A stretch of DNA of 64,000 bases. Source: an uncultured Microthrixaceae bacterium. GTDB taxonomy: Bacteria > Actinomycetota > Acidimicrobiia > Acidimicrobiales > DATDAH01. The notes beneath the pieces were generated by a model that was not told where the DNA came from, did not search any database, and saw nothing but the letters and a program-made list of their open reading frames with translations. Each line of letters begins with the position of its first letter. The stretch's first letter is position 1. A program made the translations under genes and the position numbers. The stretch is taken from positions 130,550 through 194,549 of the forward strand of contig CAZWMT010000002.1 of the NCBI GenBank assembly GCA_964635055.1, given 5' to 3'. Of this stretch, positions 38,300 through 47,247 are shown piece by piece.

Positions 38300-40657
38300 T
38301 CACGCCGGCGGGGCGACCTCGACCCGCACGACGGGCGTGCGCGGCGACCAGGGGACGCGTCCCAGGTGGCGGAGGCCGGGCGCCTCGGCGCTGACCGGCC
38401 GGCTCGTGATCCAGAGGCACTCGCCCTCGGGCGAGGTGAGGAGCTCGTCGAACGCCGCCTCGTGCCGGTCGATCTGGGCCAGCACGGGGTCGAGCGACGC
38501 GCTCACCGAGATCGTCCGCAGCGTGGGATCGGAGCCGCCCACCAGGTCGCCGAACGCCGCCGGCGGGCCCAGGATCAGGAAGCGGGTGATCGAGCCGGAC
38601 AGGTCGTCGACCTCGCGCTCGGCCACCCGCAGCCCCAACGCCGCCCCGCGTTCGGCGCCGGCCAGCGCCACCATCGCCTCGCCGGCACCGGCGGCGGCCA
38701 CGAGGGCCAGCGCCTCTGTGGTGGAGTCGCAGGCCACCGGCTCGAGCTCCCAGCGGCGGATGAACGCCGAGCACTGCGCCAGTCCCTGCGGGTGGCTGAG
38801 CGCCTTCGCGCCGCGGAGGTCGGCGAGGCTCTCGTCGGGGCGGACGTAGGCGTCGAAGCGTACGGCCACGTCGACCACGCCGCCGGCCACCACGTCGCCC
38901 CGGTGGCGGAGCAACGATCGCGCGGCGCGCGACACCAGGCCCGACGCCGAGCTCGAGATGGGCAGCACCCCCAGGTCGCCGGCGTCGATGCCGGCGAGCA
39001 CGGCGTCGAAGTCGGGCTGGGGCACCAGCGTGGGTGCATCCATCCCCACGGTGCGGGCGGCGTGCACGGCCGCGTCCTCCGAGAACGTGCCCGCCGGCCC
39101 GAGGTGGTGCAGGCGGGCCGGCGCCGGCGCCGGCAGCGACACCCCGGGGGGCCACACGTAGGCCCGCTGCACACGGGTGCGCAGCGCCTCCACCATCTCG
39201 TCGACGTCGTGGTCGGCCCGGATGCCCACCCGCACCACCACGCTGCGCTGGCCGGTCCGCACCACCTCGGACACCACCTCGGCGTCGCGTATGCCGGCAC
39301 CGCTGCCCACCACGTCGAGCACGCCGGCGCCGGCCACCGACTCGGGCACGAGGAAACGGATGTCGCGGCGGATGTGCGCCAGCCACCCGTCGAGCTCGTC
39401 CTCGAGCTCGTCGCCGAGCACCACGTCGATGTGGGCCAGCCCGAACACGGTGTCCTTGGGCTTGCCGCCCCGCCCCACCCGGGCCGCGTTGCGCCGCCCG
39501 GGCCCCTCCAGGAGCGTGGCCGTGCCCCGCGTGCCCACCATCACCTCACGGAGCGCGACGGAGGTGGGGGTGACGTCGATGATGTGGCCGACCCGGAGCG
39601 AGTCGGGGCGGTTGACCGGCCGCACCCCGACGAGCGCGCCGGTGCGCCCCCGGTGGGCCAGCTCGGCGCGCTTGGCCTGCGCCGCCGACACCGCGGCGGC
39701 CGCCGTCGCCTGGATCGCCTCGAACAGGGCGCCGCTGAACCGGTCGCGGGTGGCCCGCACCAGCCGGGACACCTCCTCGGTGGAGCCGGAGCCGACGGCC
39801 GCGGCGGTGCGCTCGGCGGCGGCCCGCAGCTCCTCGGCCACCCGGCCCCCGTCGAGCGCGGTCTGGATCTCGGCGGTGGCCTCCTCCCTGCTCTCGGCCA
39901 CCACCCGCGACGCGAGGCCGAACAGCGCCTCGAACAGCGGGGTGCGGACCTCCCAGACCTCCTCGAGGTCGAGGCCCGAGCTGGCCACGGCGTCGATCAG
40001 GTTCAACAGGGTCTGGTGCGCCATCGTCTGCACGTACGACATGTCGCGGTCGTGGGCCTCGGCCGACACGAGCTTGGCGATGCCGCCGGCACGGTGGATG
40101 TCGGCGCTCAGCCACAGGTGGTCGTCGCCGGCACGGCCCTCGTCGGGCACGACCAGGATGGTCTGGCCGTCGAGGCCCCGGGCGGAGCTGTCGAACAGGG
40201 GGTGGGCGCCGAACACCGACCGCCCCGGCCACTGGCGGCGGAGGTCGGCGAGCGACGGCCCGAGGCTCGCCGACACGTGCAGCAGCGGGGCGCCGGGGGC
40301 GACCAGCGGGTCGAGCCACGTGCCCACCTGGGGCAGGGCCGACCGGGGGACGGCCAGGCACACGACCAGCCCGGAGGTTGCCAACTCGATGTCGCGACCG
40401 GTGCGCAGGTCGCGCAGCCCCGCGGGGTGGCCGTCGGGCACGGCGGCGGTGGCGACCGGGCACGAGAAGGCCCGCCCCACCTGGGTCAGCGCCTCGGACG
40501 ACCGGGACGTGTCGACGAGCACCACGTCGGCCCAGGGCCCGGCGGGGAAGACGTGCTCCGCGAGCCAGCGGCCCATGCCCGCCGCCGCGCCCACCACCAG
40601 CAGCGACGTGGGGCGGTCGTCGGGCTCGGGCCACGACGTGTGCGGCGGCTCGGTCAT
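38300..40657 (-). CDS. Fusion protein: TyrA-like prephenate/arogenate dehydrogenase (N) + ~200-aa middle region + PheA-like prephenate dehydratase with ACT-like C-terminus (785 aa)
   Basis: N-terminus: LLVVGAAAGMGRWLAEHV (Rossmann), FGAHPLF, and AEAHDRDMSYVQTMAHQT (compare E. coli TyrA HDQNMAFIQALRH). C-terminus: LHHLGPAGTFSEDAA..GVLPISSSASG..SITRFLILG (PDT). Only the lower 785 codons of ORF 38300..42592 are coding. Confidence 0.8.
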   Translation of the reverse strand: MTEPPHTSWPEPDDRPTSLLVVGAAAGMGRWLAEHVFPAGPWADVVLVDTSRSSEALTQVGRAFSCPVATAAVPDGHPAGLRDLRTGRDIELATSGLVVCLAVPRSALPQVGTWLDPLVAPGAPLLHVSASLGPSLADLRRQWPGRSVFGAHPLFDSSARGLDGQTILVVPDEGRAGDDHLWLSADIHRAGGIAKLVSAEAHDRDMSYVQTMAHQTLLNLIDAVASSGLDLEEVWEVRTPLFEALFGLASRVVAESREEATAEIQTALDGGRVAEELRAAAERTAAAVGSGSTEEVSRLVRATRDRFSGALFEAIQATAAAAVSAAQAKRAELAHRGRTGALVGVRPVNRPDSLRVGHIIDVTPTSVALREVMVGTRGTATLLEGPGRRNAARVGRGGKPKDTVFGLAHIDVVLGDELEDELDGWLAHIRRDIRFLVPESVAGAGVLDVVGSGAGIRDAEVVSEVVRTGQRSVVVRVGIRADHDVDEMVEALRTRVQRAYVWPPGVSLPAPAPARLHHLGPAGTFSEDAAVHAARTVGMDAPTLVPQPDFDAVLAGIDAGDLGVLPISSSASGLVSRAARSLLRHRGDVVAGGVVDVAVRFDAYVRPDESLADLRGAKALSHPQGLAQCSAFIRRWELEPVACDSTTEALALVAAAGAGEAMVALAGAERGAALGLRVAEREVDDLSGSITRFLILGPPAAFGDLVGGSDPTLRTISVSASLDPVLAQIDRHEAAFDELLTSPEGECLWITSRPVSAEAPGLRHLGRVPWSPRTPVVRVEVAPPA

Positions 40658-40756
40658 CCGCCGGCCGCGCGCTGGTGCAACGGGCACGTGGGTGTCGACA
40701 GCACCGAGATCCGCCACCGTGGCCCCGCGAGCGGTCCTGATGGGGCGGGCGGGACC

Positions 40757-41596
40757 ATGAGCGGTCAGGATAGTGAGGTGGACGAATCGGCCCTTCGGGC
40801 GTTGATCGACGACCTCCGCGGCGGGCGCCTCGAACCCGATGACGCCGTTGCCCGCCTGCGTCGCCTGCCCTTCGCCGACCTGGGCTTCGCCCGCGTCGAC
40901 CACCATCGGGCCCTGCGCCAGGGCATGGCCGAGGCGGTCTACGGCCCGGGCAAGACCCCCGACCAGTGCGTGGCGATCGTGGCCGAGTTGTTGCGGTCCG
41001 AGGGCTCGTCGCCGGTGGTCCTGAGCCGGGCCGACGACGCGCAGGTGGACGCGGTGCTGGCCGCCCATCCGGGCGGACGGCTGTCCGGCGGCCAGCCCGC
41101 CACGGTGGTGTGGCAGGCCGCCCCCGAGCGCCCCGGCCGGGTGCTGGTGGTCACGGCCGGCACCTCCGACCTGCCGGTGGCCGACGAGTGCGCCGCCGTA
41201 CTGCATGCCCACGGGCTGCGCCCCGAGCGCCTGGCCGACGTGGGCGTGGCCGGCATCCACCGCCTGCTGGCCGCCGCCGACGAGCTGGCCGCGGCCGACG
41301 CGGTGGTGGCGGTGGCCGGCATGGAGGGCGCGCTGGCCAGCGTGATCGGGGGCCTCACCGCGGCGCCCGTGGTCGCCGTGCCCACCAGCACGGGCTACGG
41401 CGCCGGCCTCGAAGGCGTCACCGCCCTGCTGGCCATGCTGGCGTCGTGCGCGTCGGGCATGACGGTGGTGGGCATCGACAACGGCTTCGGCGCCGCCTAC
41501 GCCGTCGTGCGCATGCTCGACCTGGCCACCCGACTGGGCGGGGCCGCGCCGGCGGCGCCCGTCTTGCCCGTCGACCCCGCGAACTCGACGCAATGA
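40757..41596 (+). CDS. larB: Nickel-pincer cofactor biosynthesis protein LarB (AIR-carboxylase-like)
   Basis: LPFADLGFARVDHHRALRQGMAEAVYGPGKTPDQ..VLVVTAGTSDLPVADE..DVGVAGIHRLL..VAGMEGALASVIGGL..PVVAVPTSTGYG are LarB signatures. Confidence 0.88.
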   Translation: MSGQDSEVDESALRALIDDLRGGRLEPDDAVARLRRLPFADLGFARVDHHRALRQGMAEAVYGPGKTPDQCVAIVAELLRSEGSSPVVLSRADDAQVDAVLAAHPGGRLSGGQPATVVWQAAPERPGRVLVVTAGTSDLPVADECAAVLHAHGLRPERLADVGVAGIHRLLAAADELAAADAVVAVAGMEGALASVIGGLTAAPVVAVPTSTGYGAGLEGVTALLAMLASCASGMTVVGIDNGFGAAYAVVRMLDLATRLGGAAPAAPVLPVDPANSTQ

Positions 41597-41640
41597 CCGT
41601 CGGATTCCGACAGGTGGAGCGTCGAGTTCAGGCAGTTCGC
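41579..41640. repeat. Hairpin repeat family A, solo copy overlapping the larB stop codon
   Basis: GAACTCGACGC (41581-41591) pairs with GCGTCGAGTTC (41619-41629). Outer GCGAAC/GTTCGC arms are present. The larB TGA (41594-41596) lies inside the element. Confidence 0.8.
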
Positions 41641-41657
41641 GCCGTCGGGGGTGGCGG

Positions 41658-42953
41658 GTGACTCGCCTGGCGTGGTTCCACTGCTTCTCGGGCATCGCCG
41701 GCGACATGGCCCTCGGTGCGCTGGTCGACGCCGGCGCCGACCTCGACGAGGTGCGGGCCCTGTGCCAGCGGGTGCCGGTGTCGGGATGGGGGCTCGAGGC
41801 CGAGGCGGTGATGCGCAACGGCATCGCCGCCACGCACATCAACGTGCTGGCCGAGGCCACCACCGTGGTGCGCACCGCATCGCACATCACCGGCCTGCTG
41901 GAAGAGGCCCGGCTGCCGGACCGGGTGCGCGAGCGGGCCGTGGCCGTGTTCGGCGCGCTGGCCCGGGCCGAGGGCAAGCTCCACAACCGGCCGCCCGAGC
42001 AGGTGCACTTCCACGAGGTTGGTGCCCTCGACGCCATCATCGACGTGGTCGGCACCTGCGCCGCCCTCGAGTTGCTCGAGGTCGACCAGGTGCACGCCAG
42101 CCCCGTCGCCCACGGCATCGGGATGATCCGCAGCGCCCACGGGGCCCTGCCCAACCCGCCGCCGGCGGTGGTCGAGCTGCTCCGCGACGCCCCCGTGTAC
42201 GGGCTCGACATCCCTCTCGAGCTCACCACGCCCACCGGCGCGGCGCTGCTGTCGGCGCTGGCGGTGGGCTTCGGGCCGATGCCGGCCATGACCGTCGACG
42301 CCAGCGGCTTCGGCGCCGGCACCGCCGAGCTGGACGATCGCCCCAACCTCACCCAGGTGGTGCTGGGCGCCGAGGCCGCCGACCTGGTGCCGGGGCAGCC
42401 CGTCCAGCTGCTCGAGGTGAACGTGGACGACGCCACCGGCGAGACCCTGTCGCACACGCTCAGCGCCGTGCTCAACGCCGGCGCCCACGACGCGTGGATC
42501 ACCCCGATCCTGATGAAGAAGGGGCGGCCCGGCCACACGGTCAGCGCGCTGGCCGACGAGGCGGTCGCGGCGCAGGTGGCCGCCGCCCTCACGCGCGAGA
42601 CCGGGTCGCTGGGCGTGCGGGGCCAGTCGTTGCAGCGGTGGCCTCAGGCCCGCCTGTTCGACGAGGTGACCGTCGACGGCCTGCCGGTGCGGGTGAAGGT
42701 GAGCGCCGGCCGGGTGAAGGTCGAGCACGACGACGCCGCCCGCGCCGCCCGGCGTCTGGGGCGGCCCGTGCGCGACGTGGTGTCGATCGCCGAGGCCGAG
42801 TGGCGGGGGCGCCCGGGCCCGGTGACGGGCCCCGAGGCGGTGCCCGACCTCGAGCCGGAACCGCACGAGCTCGGGCACGTGCACGATCACGACGCACCCA
42901 CCCAGGTCCATCCCGACGATCCCGATCCGGCCCCCGACGACGACGTCAGCTGA
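41658..42953 (+). CDS. larC: Nickel insertion protein LarC (DUF111 family)
   Basis: LAWFHCFSGIAGDMALGALVDAGADLDEV..HFHEVGALDAIIDVVG..LELTTPTGAALL..ITPILMKKGRPGHTVS are LarC signatures. Confidence 0.9.
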   Translation: MTRLAWFHCFSGIAGDMALGALVDAGADLDEVRALCQRVPVSGWGLEAEAVMRNGIAATHINVLAEATTVVRTASHITGLLEEARLPDRVRERAVAVFGALARAEGKLHNRPPEQVHFHEVGALDAIIDVVGTCAALELLEVDQVHASPVAHGIGMIRSAHGALPNPPPAVVELLRDAPVYGLDIPLELTTPTGAALLSALAVGFGPMPAMTVDASGFGAGTAELDDRPNLTQVVLGAEAADLVPGQPVQLLEVNVDDATGETLSHTLSAVLNAGAHDAWITPILMKKGRPGHTVSALADEAVAAQVAAALTRETGSLGVRGQSLQRWPQARLFDEVTVDGLPVRVKVSAGRVKVEHDDAARAARRLGRPVRDVVSIAEAEWRGRPGPVTGPEAVPDLEPEPHELGHVHDHDAPTQVHPDDPDPAPDDDVS

Positions 42954-43023
42954 CGTGCGCTTCGCCGCCGCCGGCGGCCTCCCGGCCACTGCCGCCGATC
43001 GTCGCGCCGCGCTGTCGCCGGCC

Positions 43024-43262
43024 GCGAACTCGAGGCAATGACTGGCGGGTTCCGGGGGCCGATGCCTCGAGAATGAGTCGGGCTCCGAACTCGAGGCAAT
43101 GACTGGCGGGTTCCGGGGGCCGATGCCTCGAGAATGAGTCGGGCGGGGAACTTGAGGCAATGACTGGCGGGTTCAGGGGGTCATTGCCTCGAGTTCAGCG
43201 CGACCGGCATTCTCGGGGCACCAACCACCGATTCCGGGGGGCATCGCCTCGAATGAACTGCT
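43024..43262. repeat. Hairpin repeat family A: tandem array of 3 good + 1 degenerate copies, ~61-bp period
   Basis: GAACTCGAGGCAATGACTGGCGGGTTCCGGGGGCCGATGCCTCGAGAATGAGTCGGGC starts at 43026 and 43087. A variant at 43148 has near-perfect arms GAACTTGAGGCAATGA / TCATTGCCTCGAGTTC. A degenerate copy follows at about 43208. Confidence 0.9.
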
Positions 43263-43471
43263 TCTCGGCTCGCGTCGCCGAGCGTCACGGTTGACGCGCA
43301 TCGGAGGGCTCGTCGGCGCCGGGTGGCCAGCAGCGCAGCCTCCTCGCGGGAGTTCGCTCGACCGGCGAACACCCGAGCGCTACCGAGAGCGTGAGCATCC
43401 GAGGGCCAATCACGGTGCCTCCAGCCGCGGTGCGTCCGACTGAAACACGGGGTGCCGGCTGAACGATTGCG

Positions 43472-44584
43472 TCAGGCGGGCGCCGGCGCCGCCTCGCGGG
43501 ACGCGAGGGCCCGCCACAGCAGCACGTAGTTCGGGTAGGTGAGGTCGGGAGTGACCCAGCCGGCATCGACCAGCTCGCGGTGCAGGGCGGGCAGGTGGTG
43601 GAAGGGGATGCCCATGTCCACGTGGTGGGCCAGGTGCCAACCGGTGTTGAACGGGGCGATCCAGAACCGGGCCGGCCAGTGCTGGTCGACGTGGTGGGTG
43701 GTCTGGCGCCGGTCGGGCGAGCGGGTCATGCCACCGTGCTCGGCGATGGCCCGCAGGCGGTTCAGCACGCGCCACACGGTCATCCAGGGGGCCAGCCAGA
43801 GCAGGACGTACAGCTCGGGCCGGCCGATCAGGGTGAACCCCACCAGCAGCACCGCCTGCGCGCCCAGGATGCGCAGTGCGACGGGCCGGGCGGTGGGGCT
43901 GCGCACGGCCAGCAGCAGGCCCTTCAGGTTCTTCCAGCCCGAGTTGCCGTAGGCGTCGCGGGTGAGCTTGCGGCGCATCGAGGCGCGGGTGATCGGGTAG
44001 CGGGCGTAGAGGGCGAGGTCGGGCTCGTCGGGGCCCAGCTCGTCGCGGTGGTGGGCGAAGTGCGAGCGGCGGTACGCGTCGAAGGGCACGAACGCCGGGT
44101 AGGCCAGCAGCCAGCGCCCCACCCCGTCGTTCAGCCACCGCGTGGAGAACAGCAGCCGGTGGGCGGCCTCGTGGGCCAGGATGGCGTAGAGGGCGAAGGC
44201 CCGCCCCATCAACAAGAAGGCGGCCACCCAGGCCAGGGGGTGGTCGAGCCAGACCGCCAGCGCGATCACCCCGAACGACTGCACCAGCACGCCCAGGACG
44301 TTGGCCACGTTGCGGGCGTTCGGGATGCGGCGCAGCTCGGCGCGGAGCGCCGGCACCGGCTTGCCGCCGGCGAGGAGGCGGTCGGTGGGCAACACCTGGG
44401 GCAGGCGGCCGTCGTCCGGCGCCATGCCCGCCAACCCCAGGGCCGCCTCGCGCTCGCGGTCCCGGGCCTTGGGAGCGGGGGTGACGGGCGCCTCGGCCGT
44501 GTCGGACTCCCCGGAGGCGAGGACGTCCGTGCCCGACCCGCCGTTCGAGCGCGTGGGCAGGTCGGTCGATGCCATGCTCGCCAT
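43472..44584 (-). CDS. Membrane fatty acid desaturase family protein
   Basis: His boxes HEAAHR, HFAHHR, HLAHHVD. Several TM segments. ATG 44584 (MASMAS). Only the 3' 370 codons of ORF 43472..46426 are coding. Confidence 0.85.
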   Translation of the reverse strand: MASMASTDLPTRSNGGSGTDVLASGESDTAEAPVTPAPKARDREREAALGLAGMAPDDGRLPQVLPTDRLLAGGKPVPALRAELRRIPNARNVANVLGVLVQSFGVIALAVWLDHPLAWVAAFLLMGRAFALYAILAHEAAHRLLFSTRWLNDGVGRWLLAYPAFVPFDAYRRSHFAHHRDELGPDEPDLALYARYPITRASMRRKLTRDAYGNSGWKNLKGLLLAVRSPTARPVALRILGAQAVLLVGFTLIGRPELYVLLWLAPWMTVWRVLNRLRAIAEHGGMTRSPDRRQTTHHVDQHWPARFWIAPFNTGWHLAHHVDMGIPFHHLPALHRELVDAGWVTPDLTYPNYVLLWRALASREAAPAPA

Positions 44585-44602
44585 ATTACACTTCCCGATC
44601 AC

Positions 44603-45415
44603 ATGAGCAATATCAGTAATGCCCACGGTACGAGCGACGCCGCAGTGGGCGAGCGGCCGCTCACGGCCCGTTCGGTGATCGCCAGCACCCTGCTGGGCAC
44701 GTCGCCGCCCACGCTCCCCGCCCGGCTGCTGGTGCGGGCGGGGGCGCTGTTCGGCATCACCGAGGGCACGGTGCGCACCGCGCTGTCCCGCATGGTGGCC
44801 GCCGGCGAGCTGACCACCGCCGTGGGCGACTACACGCTGGCGGGCGCCCTGGTGGCCCGCCAGGCGCGGCAGGCCGAGAGCCGCGGGGCGGCGCGACGGG
44901 CGTGGGACGGCTCGTGGGCCATGGCCGTGGTGCACGGCGACCCCCGCACGTCCGACCGGCGCGCCGAGCTGCGCGACGCGGCGTCGGCGCTCCGGCTGGC
45001 CGAGCTGCGTGAGGGCGTCTGGCTCCGCCCCGACAACCTCGACCCCACCCGGCTGCCGGCGGCGACCGCGGTGCTCGAGGCCCAGTGCGCCCGGTTCTCG
45101 TCGCGACCGGAGGCGCCGTCGGACCCGATGCTGGCCGCCACCCTCTGGGATCTCGACGGCTGGGCGCAGCGGGCCGGATCGTTGCGCGAGCGCATGGCCG
45201 ACGTGGTGGCCCAGCTCGAGGCCGGCGACGTCGGCGCCCTGGCCCCCGGCTTCGTCCTGTCGGCGTCGGTGCTGCGCCTCACCCAGGCCGACCCGCTGCT
45301 GCCTCCCGAGCTGCTGCCGGCCGACTGGCCGGGCACCGCCCTCCGCACCGACTACGACCGCTACGACCGGGCCTACCAGTCGCTCCTGCGCACCTGGTTC
45401 CGCGCCCAACAGTGA
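44603..45415 (+). CDS. PaaX-family transcriptional regulator
   Basis: PLTARSVIASTLLGTSPPTLPARLLVRAGALFGITEGTVRTALSRMVAAGEL..LRLAELREGVWLRPDNL. Divergent from the desaturase gene across an 18-bp AT-rich gap. Confidence 0.8.
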   Translation: MSNISNAHGTSDAAVGERPLTARSVIASTLLGTSPPTLPARLLVRAGALFGITEGTVRTALSRMVAAGELTTAVGDYTLAGALVARQARQAESRGAARRAWDGSWAMAVVHGDPRTSDRRAELRDAASALRLAELREGVWLRPDNLDPTRLPAATAVLEAQCARFSSRPEAPSDPMLAATLWDLDGWAQRAGSLRERMADVVAQLEAGDVGALAPGFVLSASVLRLTQADPLLPPELLPADWPGTALRTDYDRYDRAYQSLLRTWFRAQQ

Positions 45416-45417
45416 CC

Positions 45418-45470
45418 GCTCCTTCGTCGCAGTGCCTTCGGCATCCGGTTCGCCGGCTCGCTGGCTCCGC
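45418..45470 (-). repeat. Hairpin repeat family C, diverged solo copy in inverted orientation
   Basis: GCTCCTTCGTCGCAGTGCCTTCGGCATCCGGTTCGCCGGCTCGCTGGCTCCG aligns to the reverse complement of the 48361 unit. Lies directly after the paaX-like stop. Confidence 0.7.
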
Positions 45471-45583
45471 AGCTCCGCTCCGTCGATGGCGCGTGCAACC
45501 TCGCCTCCGGCATCGCCGGCGGCGCCACCCCGGAGGATGACGACTTGACTCGGGGACCGCGACCACACCGGTAGCGTGGATCG

Positions 45584-46297
45584 GTGCCCGAGAGCCGCTT
45601 GTACTTCCGTCAACTGCTGGCCGGCCGCGACTTCGCCACCGGCGACCCCGTGGCCCGCCAGATGGTCAACTTCGTCTACCTGGTGGGCGACCGCGAGACG
45701 GGCGAGGCCGTCGTGATCGACCCTGCCTACGACATCGACGGGTTGCTCGACCTCCTGGCCGCCGACGAGATGCGCCTCGTGGGGGCGCTCGCCACCCACT
45801 ACCACCCCGACCACGTGGGCGGCGACATGATGGGCTACTCCATCGAGGGCGTGGGCCGCCTCCTCGAGCGCACCTCGGTGCCGGTGCACGTGCAGGCCGA
45901 CGAGGCCCCGTGGGTGCAGCGGGTGACCGGCGCCGCCGCCACCGACCTCGTCGAGCACGCCAGCGGCGACATCGTGCGCGTGGGCGAGGTGCCCATCGAG
46001 CTCATCCACACCCCCGGCCACACCCCGGGCAGTCAGTGCTTCCTGGTCGACAACCGGCTGGTGGCCGGCGACACCCTCTTCCTGGAGGGCTGTGGCCGCA
46101 CCGACCTGCCGGGGGGCGACCCGGCCGCCCTCTACGAGAGCCTCACCCAGAAGCTGGCCAAGGTGCCCGACGACGCCACCCTGTTCCCCGGCCACCTCTA
46201 CTCCGCCGAGCCGTCCGCGTCGATGGCCGACACCCGGGCCCACAACTTCGTGTTCCGCCCACGGAGCGCCCGCGAGTTCCTGGCCATGTTCGGTTAG
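45584..46297 (+). CDS. MBL-fold metallo-hydrolase (glyoxalase II-like)
   Basis: THYHPDHVGG (HxHxDH), HTPGHTPGS, GDTLF..GCGRTDLPGGD. GTG 45584 has TAGCGT 6 nt upstream. Confidence 0.88.
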   Translation: MPESRLYFRQLLAGRDFATGDPVARQMVNFVYLVGDRETGEAVVIDPAYDIDGLLDLLAADEMRLVGALATHYHPDHVGGDMMGYSIEGVGRLLERTSVPVHVQADEAPWVQRVTGAAATDLVEHASGDIVRVGEVPIELIHTPGHTPGSQCFLVDNRLVAGDTLFLEGCGRTDLPGGDPAALYESLTQKLAKVPDDATLFPGHLYSAEPSASMADTRAHNFVFRPRSAREFLAMFG

Positions 46298-46559
46298 GCC
46301 GTCGGGCTCGCTCAGCGCCGCCGACCAGCACGGCGCGCAGAACGAGGGTGGGTCTGCTCGCGCTCGATCCCACGCTCGGTGGCCGACCGGCCCGCGAACG
46401 GCTGTTCTGGAGGAAATGACCGTCACCCGTGACTGCTATTCCCTCCAGTGTCGACCACGCGGGCGGGACACCCCTGGCCGGCCACGCACCGTGGAGCGGT
46501 GAGGCGCCGACGCTCCAGGCGCGGATCGTCGCCTCCAAGAGCCCGCCTCTGGTGGTGTG

Positions 46560-47225
46560 CTACGGCGAGCGACGACCAGTCGAGAGCCCTTCGAGCGCCT
46601 CGCACAAGGAGTCGGCCGTCCACCGGCCGGCGGCGCCGGGGTGCGAGCACAGGTAGTCGACGATGGCGGCGTCGTCGAGGCCGTGGGCCTCGCGCAGGCC
46701 CTCGGCCAACATGTGCAGATAGCCGGCGACCGGCGCCGCGGTCGGGTTGGCACGCATCGGTGCAGGGTGGGTGAAGGTCACCATCGTCACGCCGTCGCGC
46801 TCGCCCAGGACCACCAGCTCGTCGTAGCGCCCCGGTCCCACCGTCGCCCGGCCGTCGCGGTGGAGCGCGGCCCAGTCGACCGGGGCGTGCGCCCGCTTGC
46901 TCTCCTGGGCCACGAGGTCCTCGAACTGCTCGCCGGTGATGACGTAGCCGCGCGCGTAGGTGGGACCGTCGTCGGTGTCGCGGCGCTCGGCGTGGTCGAG
47001 GAAGGCCACGCCGCCGCCCCACACCCGACTCTCGCCCGAGAAGTAGAGGGGGAAGCGCAGGTGGAGCGCCTCGTCGGCCCGGGGCGGTGACGGATCGCGG
47101 CACCCGGTGTCGGCGCGGCGGCCCCCCGGCATCACGCCGCCACGGAGGTAGGACAGGAAGCGGGCCCGGTGGAGGTTGGACCCGTAGCTGACATACCACA
47201 CGAGGTCGGGCGGACCGCCACGCAC
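46560..47225 (-). CDS. Hypothetical protein, gamma-glutamylcyclotransferase (AIG2/GGCT)-like N-terminal motif
   Basis: The only family cue is VWYVSYGSNLHRARF, which resembles the YGSN motif of GGCT-fold proteins. High GC3. Confidence 0.5.
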   Translation of the reverse strand: MRGGPPDLVWYVSYGSNLHRARFLSYLRGGVMPGGRRADTGCRDPSPPRADEALHLRFPLYFSGESRVWGGGVAFLDHAERRDTDDGPTYARGYVITGEQFEDLVAQESKRAHAPVDWAALHRDGRATVGPGRYDELVVLGERDGVTMVTFTHPAPMRANPTAAPVAGYLHMLAEGLREAHGLDDAAIVDYLCSHPGAAGRWTADSLCEALEGLSTGRRSP

Positions 47226-47247
47226 ACCACCAGCCTACGGTGATCGT

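Noticed and set aside
43024-43262. Regularly spaced ~61-bp repeats that could suggest a CRISPR array.
   Set aside because: The entire period is repeated, so there are no unique spacers. Copies are hairpin-forming and only 3-4 in number, and no cas genes are in the window. They are better explained as tandem REP/MITE-like elements.
46298-46559. A 262-bp convergent intergenic region with a compound hairpin (about 46408-46448, CTGGAGGAA..TTCCCTCCAG enclosing GTCAC-cc-GTGAC), considered as a possible small RNA.
   Set aside because: It has no recognisable riboswitch or known sRNA motif and no promoter-like element. The position between two convergent stops fits a bidirectional terminator. The evidence is insufficient to call an RNA gene.
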